Part shown: positions 1 through 8,628 of the stretch, in pieces | Position numbering within the stretch: the stretch's first letter is position 1 | Layout: every line of letters begins with the position of its first letter | Virus genome (UHGV): UHGV-1361621 | From: a virus | Strand: one strand, 5' to 3' | Length of the DNA: 23,749 bases | Notes under the pieces: generated by a model | The model's database searches: none | What the model was told of the DNA's origin: nothing | What the model saw: the letters and a program-made list of their open reading frames with translations, nothing else | Program-made: the position numbers and the translations under genes

Positions 1-261
1 AAAAATCCAAGTATTGTTATTGCAGAGCTTTTGCAAGGTAAGGCAGAGCTTGAGCTAATACAAGAAAAGAAATATCGTGTATACCACCAACAACCAACAC
101 ACGACACACGTTTATTCTCTTATCACTTTTTCGATAAAAATTATGAATTGAATGAAGATGATTTCTTTACTAGCGTTCCGAAACTCACACAAGAGCAAGT
201 GAATAATATTGTAGACATTGAAGGGAACTGGGTATGGTCATGGGCTCACGAGGTGGAATAA
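1..261 (+). CDS. 3' part of an early gene cut by the window edge (hypothetical protein); probably the continuation of the ORF that starts at 23591
   Basis: Frame is open from nt 1 to TAA at 259-261. The ORF open at the right edge (23591-23749, exactly 53 codons) is in the same phase, so joining the window ends gives one uninterrupted 139-aa ORF. Confidence 0.5.
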   Translation, partial: KNPSIVIAELLQGKAELELIQEKKYRVYHQQPTHDTRLFSYHFFDKNYELNEDDFFTSVPKLTQEQVNNIVDIEGNWVWSWAHEVE

Positions 262-262
262 G

Positions 263-685
263 ATGATTAAAGCGACATTTAAACTAACAAAAGAACAACT
301 CACAGCATTAAAAACATGTGCAGACAACGGCTCTCTATTCCAAGCATATGACCAATATTTGAAAGATGATAAAAAAGACCCTTGGTTAGTAAATAGCGCA
401 CTTGATAAATTTTGGGAAGCCAGTGCGGAAAGTTTATCTCAAATTTTGACTTGGTACTTGCGTGGGGAAGTTGAAATAATTGAACAAGATAATCAAAACT
501 TTGCAGTTATTTTAGACGGTGCTAACACAGCATATAATTACACTTTTATGAACCAAACAGGTGTTATCTTAAAAGCTGATTATATTGAAGAAGTAGAATT
601 TATGTCATGGGAGGCAGTACAAAACTTGCCCGATTGGACTAAACCACTTATCAAAACAAAAGAAGAATTACAAAAAGGAGAATAA
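263..685 (+). CDS. hypothetical early protein (140 aa)
   Basis: ATG at 263 preceded by GAGGTGG. The track's TTG at 218 would overlap the upstream gene. Tight spacing with neighbours. Confidence 0.6.
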   Translation: MIKATFKLTKEQLTALKTCADNGSLFQAYDQYLKDDKKDPWLVNSALDKFWEASAESLSQILTWYLRGEVEIIEQDNQNFAVILDGANTAYNYTFMNQTGVILKADYIEEVEFMSWEAVQNLPDWTKPLIKTKEELQKGE

Positions 686-688
686 AAT

Positions 689-1036
689 TTGATTATTGAA
701 ACTATCCAAATTAACGAAAAAAATACACGTGAAGTACAAACTAAAGACGGTGCAAAGCTAGTAAGCACAATCTTCTTGTATCCATTTGGCTATATTGGTA
801 ACAACTGGGTGCCTTCTTGCAGTACATGGGGCGATTATGTAACGGTTATCGTTGAGAGCGTCAAGAAAGAAGAAAAGGGCGACAAAACTTATTACAACAC
901 TAAGAGCGGGCGTGTGGTTCCATTGTTTGAGTTGAGCAAAGGAAACCAAGCGCAAGAGACTTCTTTTAATGACATGAACGGCTTATTTGGTGGAAGTGAG
1001 CCCTTAGAAGTTTCTGACAGTGATTTACCTTTCTAA
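689..1036 (+). CDS. ssb: single-stranded DNA-binding protein (phage SSB)
   Basis: TTG start 9 nt after AAAGGAG. 115 aa with an acidic C-terminal tail ending ...SDSDLPF, matching the D-x-P-F protein-interaction tail of bacterial and phage SSBs. It lies in a recombination module near the ERF gene. Confidence 0.6.
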   Translation: MIIETIQINEKNTREVQTKDGAKLVSTIFLYPFGYIGNNWVPSCSTWGDYVTVIVESVKKEEKGDKTYYNTKSGRVVPLFELSKGNQAQETSFNDMNGLFGGSEPLEVSDSDLPF

Positions 1037-1047
1037 GGCGGTGTTAA

Positions 1048-1281
1048 ATGGTATTTATCAACTTTGACAACCGTTTTAAGAATGGTTATGACTATGAAGA
1101 AGCCCTTGACATTGTGGATAAAATGATGTTAGAAGAGGGTGCAACACTTGAAGAGGTTTTACATTGGATTGACATCAATGTCCCGCTAATATTCTGTCAA
1201 GATAAAGAAAACTTGATTGAACTAGCTGAAATAAACGAATTTAAACAAACATATATCACAGAGATAAAGGAGATTTTATAA
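1048..1281 (+). CDS. hypothetical early protein (77 aa)
   Basis: ATG preceded by AAGGCGG. Packed in the operon. Confidence 0.55.
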   Translation: MVFINFDNRFKNGYDYEEALDIVDKMMLEEGATLEEVLHWIDINVPLIFCQDKENLIELAEINEFKQTYITEIKEIL

Positions 1282-1282
1282 A

Positions 1283-1789
1283 ATGGCACGCTATTCACAT
1301 TTGAATAATTTACACGCACTTGAATTTAAAACACTTAAAGGCATTCACGAGGGTTTGGGAATTAAACAAGGTCTTAAAAACTATGTTCGTAATACCAATA
1401 AGAAATATGGCAAGAACTATGCAGAAGATGAAGTTATTATGAATGAAGTTGCTGATATTATCATCTTGAACACACTCGGCAAGCTAAAACGACACAACGA
1501 ACAAGCGAAATACATTGATTTAATGGCTGAAAGTAAAGAAGATACTGCTTTGATTGAAAAAGCTACACAATATGCTGAATTGAGCAACTTAGCAGACGCA
1601 ATCATTAACCAAGCGAAAGTTATGACAAAACTTGATTTACTTGACACGATTGAGAATAGCAAAGTTATTGGGGAAATTATGTATCAAAAAGGTGTTCCTA
1701 ATGCAAAATATTTCAGTCCACAAGGGAAAATACAATGGTTTAAAGACAATATGGACTATCTTATTAACTCCTATGAGGTGCAAAAATGA
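1283..1789 (+). CDS. hypothetical early protein (168 aa)
   Basis: ATG 1283 preceded by AAAGGAG. Its stop overlaps the next start (ATGA at 1786-1789). Confidence 0.6.
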   Translation: MARYSHLNNLHALEFKTLKGIHEGLGIKQGLKNYVRNTNKKYGKNYAEDEVIMNEVADIIILNTLGKLKRHNEQAKYIDLMAESKEDTALIEKATQYAELSNLADAIINQAKVMTKLDLLDTIENSKVIGEIMYQKGVPNAKYFSPQGKIQWFKDNMDYLINSYEVQK

Positions 1790-2094
1790 GTACAAAAGAA
1801 GACATCAAACAATTCCTAGAGGATTTAGGCTTTACAGTATCGCTTGACTATGAACGTGAGCCAATGGGCACAATGTTCGCTGATATACATGAGCATATTC
1901 ACACAATAGACGGCAATTTGGGCACATATCAAGCCTTTAGAGCGCTAGAAATTGAGTTAATGGTAATTGTATCGGGAGAGAGTTCGGAAGCTCTTAGAAA
2001 GGCTGTAAATGGCTTGAAAGACGAATTCACAATATACCAAAACAATGCAACAGACAATACACTAAAGATTATCATGAGGGGAGCTTTTTATTAA
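1786..2094 (+). CDS. hypothetical early protein (102 aa)
   Basis: GAGGTG SD. ATGA overlap upstream and TAATG overlap downstream indicate translational coupling. Confidence 0.6.
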   Translation: MSTKEDIKQFLEDLGFTVSLDYEREPMGTMFADIHEHIHTIDGNLGTYQAFRALEIELMVIVSGESSEALRKAVNGLKDEFTIYQNNATDNTLKIIMRGAFY

Positions 2095-2378
2095 TGATTG
2101 AAGAAAAAACATTTAAGTATATCAAATTTGCAACTGGTTATAATAGTTTGAGCCTTGAGGACTTGACAGCATTTGCTGAAAGTGAAATAGAGGAGCTCAA
2201 TCAATACAATACCGACCTAATTTACACAGTGGAAGACATTAACGCAAACGTGATTTTACGTAACTACATCATTGAAGGCTTGAAATTGAGCTTGCAAACA
2301 CGTTGGGGCAATAACTTGGAGTATCACAAAGACAAACGCTTGTCATATCTTAATCGTCTAACTAACATGCAAGTGTAA
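2094..2378 (+). CDS. hypothetical early protein (94 aa)
   Basis: GAGGGGAG SD. Coupled TAATG start. Confidence 0.6.
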   Translation: MIEEKTFKYIKFATGYNSLSLEDLTAFAESEIEELNQYNTDLIYTVEDINANVILRNYIIEGLKLSLQTRWGNNLEYHKDKRLSYLNRLTNMQV

Positions 2379-2399
2379 TAAATTTTAATACTCTTGTAA

Positions 2400-2428
2400 T
2401 TGACATCTTTTAAAAAATAATCTATAAT
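2400..2428 (+). promoter_or_regulatory. consensus sigma-A promoter: TTGACA(2400-2405), 17 nt spacer, TATAAT(2423-2428), with an upstream CTCTTGTAATTGACA context
   Basis: Perfect -35 and -10 hexamers at optimal spacing. Followed by the AAAGAAAGAGGT SD and ATG at 2462. Confidence 0.75.
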
Positions 2429-2461
2429 AAATACATAAAATAAAGAAAGAGGTAAAACCTT

Positions 2462-2908
2462 ATGACTATCACAATCGAAAACATTCTTGACGCTGTTACA
2501 GAGCAAGCTAAAGCACATGATGAATTTATTGGCTTACTGCTTAAAAAGTACAACTTACCAGAAGACGGCACAGCAAAAACAAGCGAATATGATGAACCAA
2601 TGACAGATGTGCTTGTAAAATTGTCAGACGATATTGAGTTACGTTTTAACCACATTATGGCGAAATACAGAGGGGAAGAGCTTGATGAAAATGCTAAAAT
2701 TTGGCTTGAAGGTGTGGAAGAAATGCTTGAAGCACTTGAAGAGGCTCTTAAAGAGATTGACAATAAAGAAGAATATGAAAACGTGCCTTTTGATACTCAT
2801 GCTAATCGTGACGCAATGGAAGAAACTTACGTAAATGAGCATGAAGCATTTGAAGCAATGCACAAAGGTGCTAAAATGATTGCTATGTTTGCAATGTTGG
2901 GAGAATAG
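2462..2908 (+). CDS. strongly acidic hypothetical protein (148 aa)
   Basis: ATG after a strong SD. Composition is dominated by E and D (EELDENAKIWLEGVEEMLEALEEALKEIDNKEEYEN...). Confidence 0.65.
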   Translation: MTITIENILDAVTEQAKAHDEFIGLLLKKYNLPEDGTAKTSEYDEPMTDVLVKLSDDIELRFNHIMAKYRGEELDENAKIWLEGVEEMLEALEEALKEIDNKEEYENVPFDTHANRDAMEETYVNEHEAFEAMHKGAKMIAMFAMLGE

Positions 2909-2923
2909 AAAGAGGATAGAAAT

Positions 2924-3334
2924 ATGTTTACAAGCGAATTAAAGTTAATTACAGGTCTTATCAACGACCACAATGAAAAAGCAAACAAAGAGCTAGCAGA
3001 GGTATTGAAGGACACAGAACCTTTCACAGACCAGTTTTACATTAAAGCTTTACCAGTTGCAACGGAAGCCTATAAAGACCTCGCAGAGGTAGCAAACGGC
3101 ATTAGAAAAGCATTTGGATTGGTAGCACAGTTTAGACCCGAAAAGAAAGTAGCATTCGACCTAATTAATGAAGCTATTCATGCACACAGTGAGCTGTTAG
3201 AAAAAACAGATGTTAAAGAAGGCATGACAAAAGGCGCTACATATCATCAAATTGTTAAGCATTACAGCGATTTGATGTTTAGCATTGGAGATGTTGCAGA
3301 CGAATTAGAAGAAAAAATGGAGGAAATGTTATAA
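2924..3334 (+). CDS. hypothetical early protein (136 aa)
   Basis: GAAAGAGGA SD. TAATG coupling to the next ORF. Confidence 0.6.
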   Translation: MFTSELKLITGLINDHNEKANKELAEVLKDTEPFTDQFYIKALPVATEAYKDLAEVANGIRKAFGLVAQFRPEKKVAFDLINEAIHAHSELLEKTDVKEGMTKGATYHQIVKHYSDLMFSIGDVADELEEKMEEML

Positions 3335-3594
3335 TGTTAGATTTTCATAAAGTAGTTGATTTTAATAAGTTGCCCCTTGTCCCCGCTACGGCTTTGAATA
3401 TGACGCAAGTTATTTGGGAGGATATGAGCATTAAAGACCGTCAAGAAGGTATCACAGCACTACAAAACGATATTGACAAAATGACTACTAATGACTATAT
3501 CATTCACAACGTGGAAAACTTGCAAGAGCACATGAATGAAATGAGAGAAATGCAAAAAGCAGCCGACCACATGGAAGAACATTTAAATGACTAG
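3334..3594 (+). CDS. hypothetical early protein (86 aa); last gene of the rightward operon
   Basis: TGGAGGAAA SD. Ends at the convergent non-coding region. Confidence 0.55.
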   Translation: MLDFHKVVDFNKLPLVPATALNMTQVIWEDMSIKDRQEGITALQNDIDKMTTNDYIIHNVENLQEHMNEMREMQKAADHMEEHLND

Positions 3595-3968
3595 CTAGGA
3601 AGTTGTTTATAGAAAGATTTTAATAAATAGTCTTATGAGCTTATATATGAGCTTGTAGGGCTGTTTTTGTTTGTTCTTGATATGTTATAGGAGGTGTGCT
3701 GTAAAATGCTTATATGGGCTTGTATGGAGCTTGTAGAGATATGCTTAGGTGTGTCAAATTGAATTGGAAAAATCACTTTTCTACTTTTTGAGGAGTTAGG
3801 CTTGATAGAAGACCCACCCCGTTATATACATACCCCCTTTAAGTTCCCTTTGAAATTCACGCAAAAAATAAAAAAATAGAAACAACCACAATTTTCAAAA
3901 TAAACTATGATTATCTCTATCTATATCTATACTATACTACTATACTACACTATATACTACTACTCTAC
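3595..3968. repeat. repeat-rich, C-tract-containing non-coding region where early and late transcription converge; candidate cos/packaging (or terminator) region
   Basis: Three copies of GNGCTTGTAKRG (3649-3660, 3715-3726, 3728-3739) are flanked by ATGCTTA repeats at 3706 and 3741, with TGAGCTT doubled at 3637 and 3648. C tracts CCCACCCC at 3813-3820 and CCCCC at 3833-3837. A-rich run 3862-3900. Degenerate tandem TATACTAC octamers at 3928-3968. It holds no convincing ORF. Confidence 0.5.
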
Positions 3969-4241
3969 TCAATCGGTAAGGTCTGTAACATTCTGTTTCA
4001 TTCCATTCAAGAACTTAAACAATGAAGCACACACAAGACCAATGTATACAGTACCAATGAGAGATAGTAACTCTGTGCTTATCATACCTTTGAACACTGT
4101 GTTTCCTGCTACATATACTACCAATACAATAGCTTCAATGCTTAGCCTTTTCTTTACGCTCGGTGTTAAAGTACCTGTGTCTATAAACTCAATTGCCAAT
4201 GCCAATGCTTGCATAAATAAAACTAGTGCTATTTCTTTCAT
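3969..4241 (-). CDS. holin-like membrane protein (90 aa, three predicted TM helices, charged C-terminus); last late gene
   Basis: Hydrophobic segments IALVLFMQALALAIEFI, IEAIVLVVYVAGNTVF and LLSLIGTVYIGLVCASLF, with a polar/charged C-terminal tail. ATG 4241 follows the AAGGGG SD, which overlaps the upstream stop. Confidence 0.55.
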   Translation of the reverse strand: MKEIALVLFMQALALAIEFIDTGTLTPSVKKRLSIEAIVLVVYVAGNTVFKGMISTELLSLIGTVYIGLVCASLFKFLNGMKQNVTDLTD

Positions 4242-4253
4242 TCTATTCCCCTT

Positions 4254-5699
4254 TTAATTTTCTACTTTGTTTTCCATTGTGTCGCCTGTATAGTAGTACA
4301 TCATATTGCCCCAAACATTTGTGTATCCTGTTAAATCCCAAGTATCTGTTTGTACACTTCCCATAAAAGTATAAGGAACTAAGTTATTATTTGGGTTAAC
4401 ATGGAAGTTTGTTACTATTCCACCCTTACCACTTGTCTTTAGGAAATAACTGCTATTACTTGTGCTTCCTACACTATCATCAATAATATTACTATGTGCA
4501 ATTGTATTATAAATGCTCACGCTAGTGTCTGCAACTGCGTCTGCGTTCTTTTCGTAATACTTCACTTCCACATTATTGATTTGCTTAAACACATCTATTT
4601 CAGCTCTGATTTTAAACATTCCTGTGCTCTCGTTATAATCAAGTACTTGCAGTCCTTTCAACTGATTGACCTTATAAGCACATGCAAAGTCATATTCCTT
4701 ACTGTAATAGAAACCTAATGCAGGTTGTATAAAAGTAAGACCTTGTAGCCCTCTGTCATACTCATATTCAAACACTTCTTGAGGTGTCATTGTGAAATCT
4801 GGGTTAAGTGTATTCTCTCCTTCATAAAGCATAGGCTCTAAGAAAGATACTTGTGTTCCTTTTTTCACTCGAATGCGGTAGAAATGATATGTTGCTTTGT
4901 CTAATTCTGCTTGTGGTAGTGTTGTGAATTGCACTTCACATTCATGCCATATAGGACTTCTTTTATCTATCACATCTTGACCTATAATATCTTGCCAACC
5001 CACATCACAAATAGTCTTCTGCACATCTGTGACATTAGGATACCAATATTCAATAGGGTGACCATTTATAATTATCGGTTTAGTAATATCAACATTTTTG
5101 TTCCAAGGAGAACCGATATGTGTATTAAATTGCTGTCCTACTTGGTCACGGTCACACCTTAATTTAAATCTAAGTGTATAAGTTGTTGAACCTTTCCAAA
5201 AGAAGCCCATACCATTTATGTTCTCTGTTGATGACGCTGTTCCATGTTTTTGGTTTCTCGTCCAATCATATGCGTCTTTTTCTGCTGTTGTAGGTATAGA
5301 AAATTGCGTAATCATGTTAGAGCTATTGCTTGCTAACATATTGTGGGTATAAGAATAGATATACGTATTTTCTGATAGTGTACGCTTCTCTGCAAAAGTG
5401 TCTAGCCAATCATTTTCTTTTATGACATCATCTGTACCGCTATATAGATTTGACATGCGCCACAAATTAGGAGTTTGATATTGTGTAGCCTTGATAGGGT
5501 GCAATATACTATACTCACGTTGTAGAGCGTAATACAGAGCCTTAGGACACCAAAAATCAATTTCCCTTATACCAATACCGAAAAGGTCTAAACCTTCCTC
5601 AAAATGCACATCATAGCCGTCTAGTGAGCTTTCAAACTCTCTTTCGTTTCCTGCCTGTGTCAAATTCTCTTTATCTTGATAACCACCTAAATATCCCAT
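4254..5699 (-). CDS. tail-tip / adsorption (receptor-binding-like) structural protein, 481 aa
   Basis: Large late-operon ORF rich in Asn, Thr, Tyr and Trp, typical of tail fibre/RBP proteins. Position is distal to the tape measure protein. Confidence 0.4.
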   Translation of the reverse strand: MGYLGGYQDKENLTQAGNEREFESSLDGYDVHFEEGLDLFGIGIREIDFWCPKALYYALQREYSILHPIKATQYQTPNLWRMSNLYSGTDDVIKENDWLDTFAEKRTLSENTYIYSYTHNMLASNSSNMITQFSIPTTAEKDAYDWTRNQKHGTASSTENINGMGFFWKGSTTYTLRFKLRCDRDQVGQQFNTHIGSPWNKNVDITKPIIINGHPIEYWYPNVTDVQKTICDVGWQDIIGQDVIDKRSPIWHECEVQFTTLPQAELDKATYHFYRIRVKKGTQVSFLEPMLYEGENTLNPDFTMTPQEVFEYEYDRGLQGLTFIQPALGFYYSKEYDFACAYKVNQLKGLQVLDYNESTGMFKIRAEIDVFKQINNVEVKYYEKNADAVADTSVSIYNTIAHSNIIDDSVGSTSNSSYFLKTSGKGGIVTNFHVNPNNNLVPYTFMGSVQTDTWDLTGYTNVWGNMMYYYTGDTMENKVEN

Positions 5700-6296
5700 T
5701 TAATAACCTCGCAATCCTCTTAGTCCTTTACCTTGCACAATATAGCAACCTCCATAGTTAGCGTCTGGCAACTCTTCTTTATATTGATTACCTGCTTTTT
5801 GTCTTATAACTGCTTCACTATCCCAATCATAGTTGGTTTGACAGTATTGTCCTGCGTGAACAAATTTCTTCGCTTGATAACCACCATCAAAGTGATGTTT
5901 AACAAAAAACATACAGTCATTTACATCAAATTCACTTGGATATTCTTCAGCTTGTAATATCTCAATATCATATAACACCTTTATGCGATATAGCTTAATA
6001 GTCATGTCTATATGTCCATCAGCAGTCCATGTTTCGCCTCTCTTGCACTGTTTAGGGTCAATCATATAAAGAACACTGAAACCCATTTCTAAGCTTGTAA
6101 ATTGCCCTATAAGCGTGTGATTTGGACTGTACATGTATTTAAATAAGTCACGTGATATAGACGCTTCTAGCTCTGATACACCATAATTTAAAAAATCAAG
6201 TGGGTTATAAAAGTGAATATCAAACCCGTTCACCTCACTTATAATTCTAATTTGACTCATGTTGCCTACATAAGTATCTCCCAAAGCGTGTGCCAT
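5700..6296 (-). CDS. structural/tail-associated protein, 198 aa
   Basis: Coding ORF abutting the 481-aa gene (stop and start adjacent). Confidence 0.4.
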   Translation of the reverse strand: MAHALGDTYVGNMSQIRIISEVNGFDIHFYNPLDFLNYGVSELEASISRDLFKYMYSPNHTLIGQFTSLEMGFSVLYMIDPKQCKRGETWTADGHIDMTIKLYRIKVLYDIEILQAEEYPSEFDVNDCMFFVKHHFDGGYQAKKFVHAGQYCQTNYDWDSEAVIRQKAGNQYKEELPDANYGGCYIVQGKGLRGLRGY

Positions 6297-6309
6297 TTTT
6301 ATTTCCTTT

Positions 6310-8328
6310 CTATCTGTTCCATACTCTGCGCAAGTTCATTGTACCGCTCATCAAGTTGATGTCGTATACCCCAAATGCTCCATACTTTTGGTCATTGAAT
6401 TGGAAGTTGCTTCTAACGAGTGCAGTGTCCCCCCAATAGCACATATCACTTCTGTAATTGTTATCATGCCACATAGGTGCATAGTAACAATTTTCTTTAC
6501 GTTCATCTGGGAAAAGGATATCAAGTCCAATAGTGGAAGGTAGGTTATTATAGGCATAATCTGTGTAGTTAGTGTCTGTGAACACTACGCAACCTTTTAG
6601 CTTACCGTCTTTAGGTAGTCCGTGTTTGTACCATTCTTGAACTGATGTCGAAAAATACCTTGGGCGGTCTTTCTCTGCACTTCTTTCCCATAGACCTGTT
6701 TTTTTATTGTAGTTGAACCACCACCATTTTTTAGTCGTCATATTAATCATTACTATGCGTTGGGGTAACGGCTTGATGTCTCCTATATTGCCCTCTCTAA
6801 ACCAATCTGGCATAGCAGTCTTAGAGCGGTCAAACACACTTACACCATTATTGTAACAAAAGTTAGTAATTGCTTTACTCCATTTACTATCTGTTGTGAA
6901 ACGTTTAATCTTATAGGGTTTAGTTGTAAATCCATACTGCCAAACCTGCTCAATATAAGAGGAAGCGCCACTACTTGCGTCTGGGTGTAAAGAACTTGCC
7001 ACTTTTAAACCTGCACTCTTAGGACGCCACTCCTCGGCTTCTTTTTTGAAAGAAATATCACCCCAACCACTCGGGAAATTCGCTCCGTGATTTTCTACAA
7101 TATCCCTTGCAACTTCGTCAATTCGACACAACGTACCCGTTGCATATTGTGAACCATCTTCCCCTAAATTCGCCATTTCCCCGACAACTGCGTCAATAAG
7201 AAGCCCATTCTGTGAGCAATACATAACATCACCCATATTAACAAAAGTACTATCGTTGTAATTATAAGCTCCTGCGTTATCCGTTTCATTCTCTACAATA
7301 TTTCCTACAAAGTTCATCTCCCTATTGAGTTGCGAAAATTTAACTGTGCGTCCTGTACCAACATTAAAAGTATCGCTGTCAATACCTACCCATATTTTAG
7401 GACGAACCCCGCCAATACCTTGCCAAGCGTCTTCTGGTAAATTTAAACAGTGAACCTCTGATTTTGTGTAACCAATATCTGTATTACGATTATCAAGGCT
7501 TTCAGTTGAAACAATCTCCCAACCTGTATAATCTTCCCAATTATTGCTATCTGTTGTGCTTCTGCCAACATAAGGTCTAAAGTAAGGGTCTTGGGTTTTC
7601 CAATTATCAGTTATTCCTTCGTCATGTGTTGTCGTTCTCCAAGGTGTAGCTTTTGTGCCTACCTCGATTTTAGGCATAGCGATAATAAAGTCTGCCCTAT
7701 CACTGCCCGATGTTTTTTGGAATACTCGTATACCCAAGTCGCCCTGTTCTGAATAACTGCCCTCGTGGTTGTATTTCAATGTGTGTTGCCATTCCAATCT
7801 TTGCCATGATTTTGCTTCTATACTGATATTAGTGCCAACGGAAAATTCACTCGCACCGTTCCATTTATTGGGGCTATTACTTTCATTTGTGCGTGTACTG
7901 AAGGTGTGAGCATAGTCATCATTATTGTAAATATAAACCGACATTGTGACCACTGTACCCGCCTTTAATTGCGTTTCTGGTGTATATACCCAGTTATTAG
8001 CTCGCATGTGCATACCCACATAATAAGATACACCCGCGTAGTCTGGGTTAGATTGCAAACGTAAGCCAAGAGATTTTGTACGCCCTGTTTCTGAAAACCA
8101 GTTAGAGACGCTATCTTCTCCCTCTATTGGATTTTTGACTATTGCACGGTTATCCCCGTCTATCTGCTCGAATTGGCTTGTTTGTTTTGTTGTTGGCTTA
8201 GTTGGGTTAAAGTTGCCATATCCTAAGAAAGAACTCCCTGTAAATAAGTTAGGTGGCACTTGTTGTGTCTTAGCAAAATCATAGCCATTTTCTGGGTTAT
8301 AACAATACGCTGTAAAATACTCTCCCAT
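6310..8328 (-). CDS. large tail/baseplate or adsorption protein, 672 aa
   Basis: Long uninterrupted ORF in the late operon, rich in aromatic residues, Asn, Thr and Gly. Confidence 0.45.
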   Translation of the reverse strand: MGEYFTAYCYNPENGYDFAKTQQVPPNLFTGSSFLGYGNFNPTKPTTKQTSQFEQIDGDNRAIVKNPIEGEDSVSNWFSETGRTKSLGLRLQSNPDYAGVSYYVGMHMRANNWVYTPETQLKAGTVVTMSVYIYNNDDYAHTFSTRTNESNSPNKWNGASEFSVGTNISIEAKSWQRLEWQHTLKYNHEGSYSEQGDLGIRVFQKTSGSDRADFIIAMPKIEVGTKATPWRTTTHDEGITDNWKTQDPYFRPYVGRSTTDSNNWEDYTGWEIVSTESLDNRNTDIGYTKSEVHCLNLPEDAWQGIGGVRPKIWVGIDSDTFNVGTGRTVKFSQLNREMNFVGNIVENETDNAGAYNYNDSTFVNMGDVMYCSQNGLLIDAVVGEMANLGEDGSQYATGTLCRIDEVARDIVENHGANFPSGWGDISFKKEAEEWRPKSAGLKVASSLHPDASSGASSYIEQVWQYGFTTKPYKIKRFTTDSKWSKAITNFCYNNGVSVFDRSKTAMPDWFREGNIGDIKPLPQRIVMINMTTKKWWWFNYNKKTGLWERSAEKDRPRYFSTSVQEWYKHGLPKDGKLKGCVVFTDTNYTDYAYNNLPSTIGLDILFPDERKENCYYAPMWHDNNYRSDMCYWGDTALVRSNFQFNDQKYGAFGVYDINLMSGTMNLRRVWNR

Positions 8329-8337
8329 ATGTCCCTC

Positions 8338-8628
8338 CTAATTCAATTTAAGACCCTTTGCAAAGTCTTCTAAACCTTTTTCTGCTTTCTCTTCCTCAAT
8401 AGCTGTCTTAACTTTTTCTACCTTAGGTTCAATATAAACCCCCTCAATTTCCATAAGCTTAAACAATGCTTGCTTATCTGGTAGTTTGTGTGTGGTGGTC
8501 ACGTTCTTACCTTTTACAACATCTCGACCATTCGCACCCCTTTGATATTGAACAACCTCTTTTACTTCATCTCCACCAAAAGCTAGAGTTCGTAAAGCTT
8601 CTAACATCTTTTCTTTATCTTTACTCAT
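8338..8628 (-). CDS. small lysine/glutamate-rich protein (96 aa) immediately downstream of TerL; function unknown (TerS-like role not excluded)
   Basis: Its ATG overlaps the TerL stop (TAATG). Confidence 0.5.
   Translation of the reverse strand: MSKDKEKMLEALRTLAFGGDEVKEVVQYQRGANGRDVVKGKNVTTTHKLPDKQALFKLMEIEGVYIEPKVEKVKTAIEEEKAEKGLEDFAKGLKLN

Noticed and set aside
3706-3762. 18-codon ORF (MLIWACMELVEICLGVSN) with an AGGAGGT SD inside the candidate cos region
   Set aside because: It is too short and made entirely of the GCTTGTA iteron repeats. It is more likely a coincidental SD-like sequence in a protein-binding repeat array.
3907-4257. 116-aa + strand ORF from the track
   Set aside because: It lies antisense to the well-supported holin gene and starts inside the low-complexity TATACTAC repeat array. 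It has no SD. The sequence is an artefact of tandem repeats and antisense reading.
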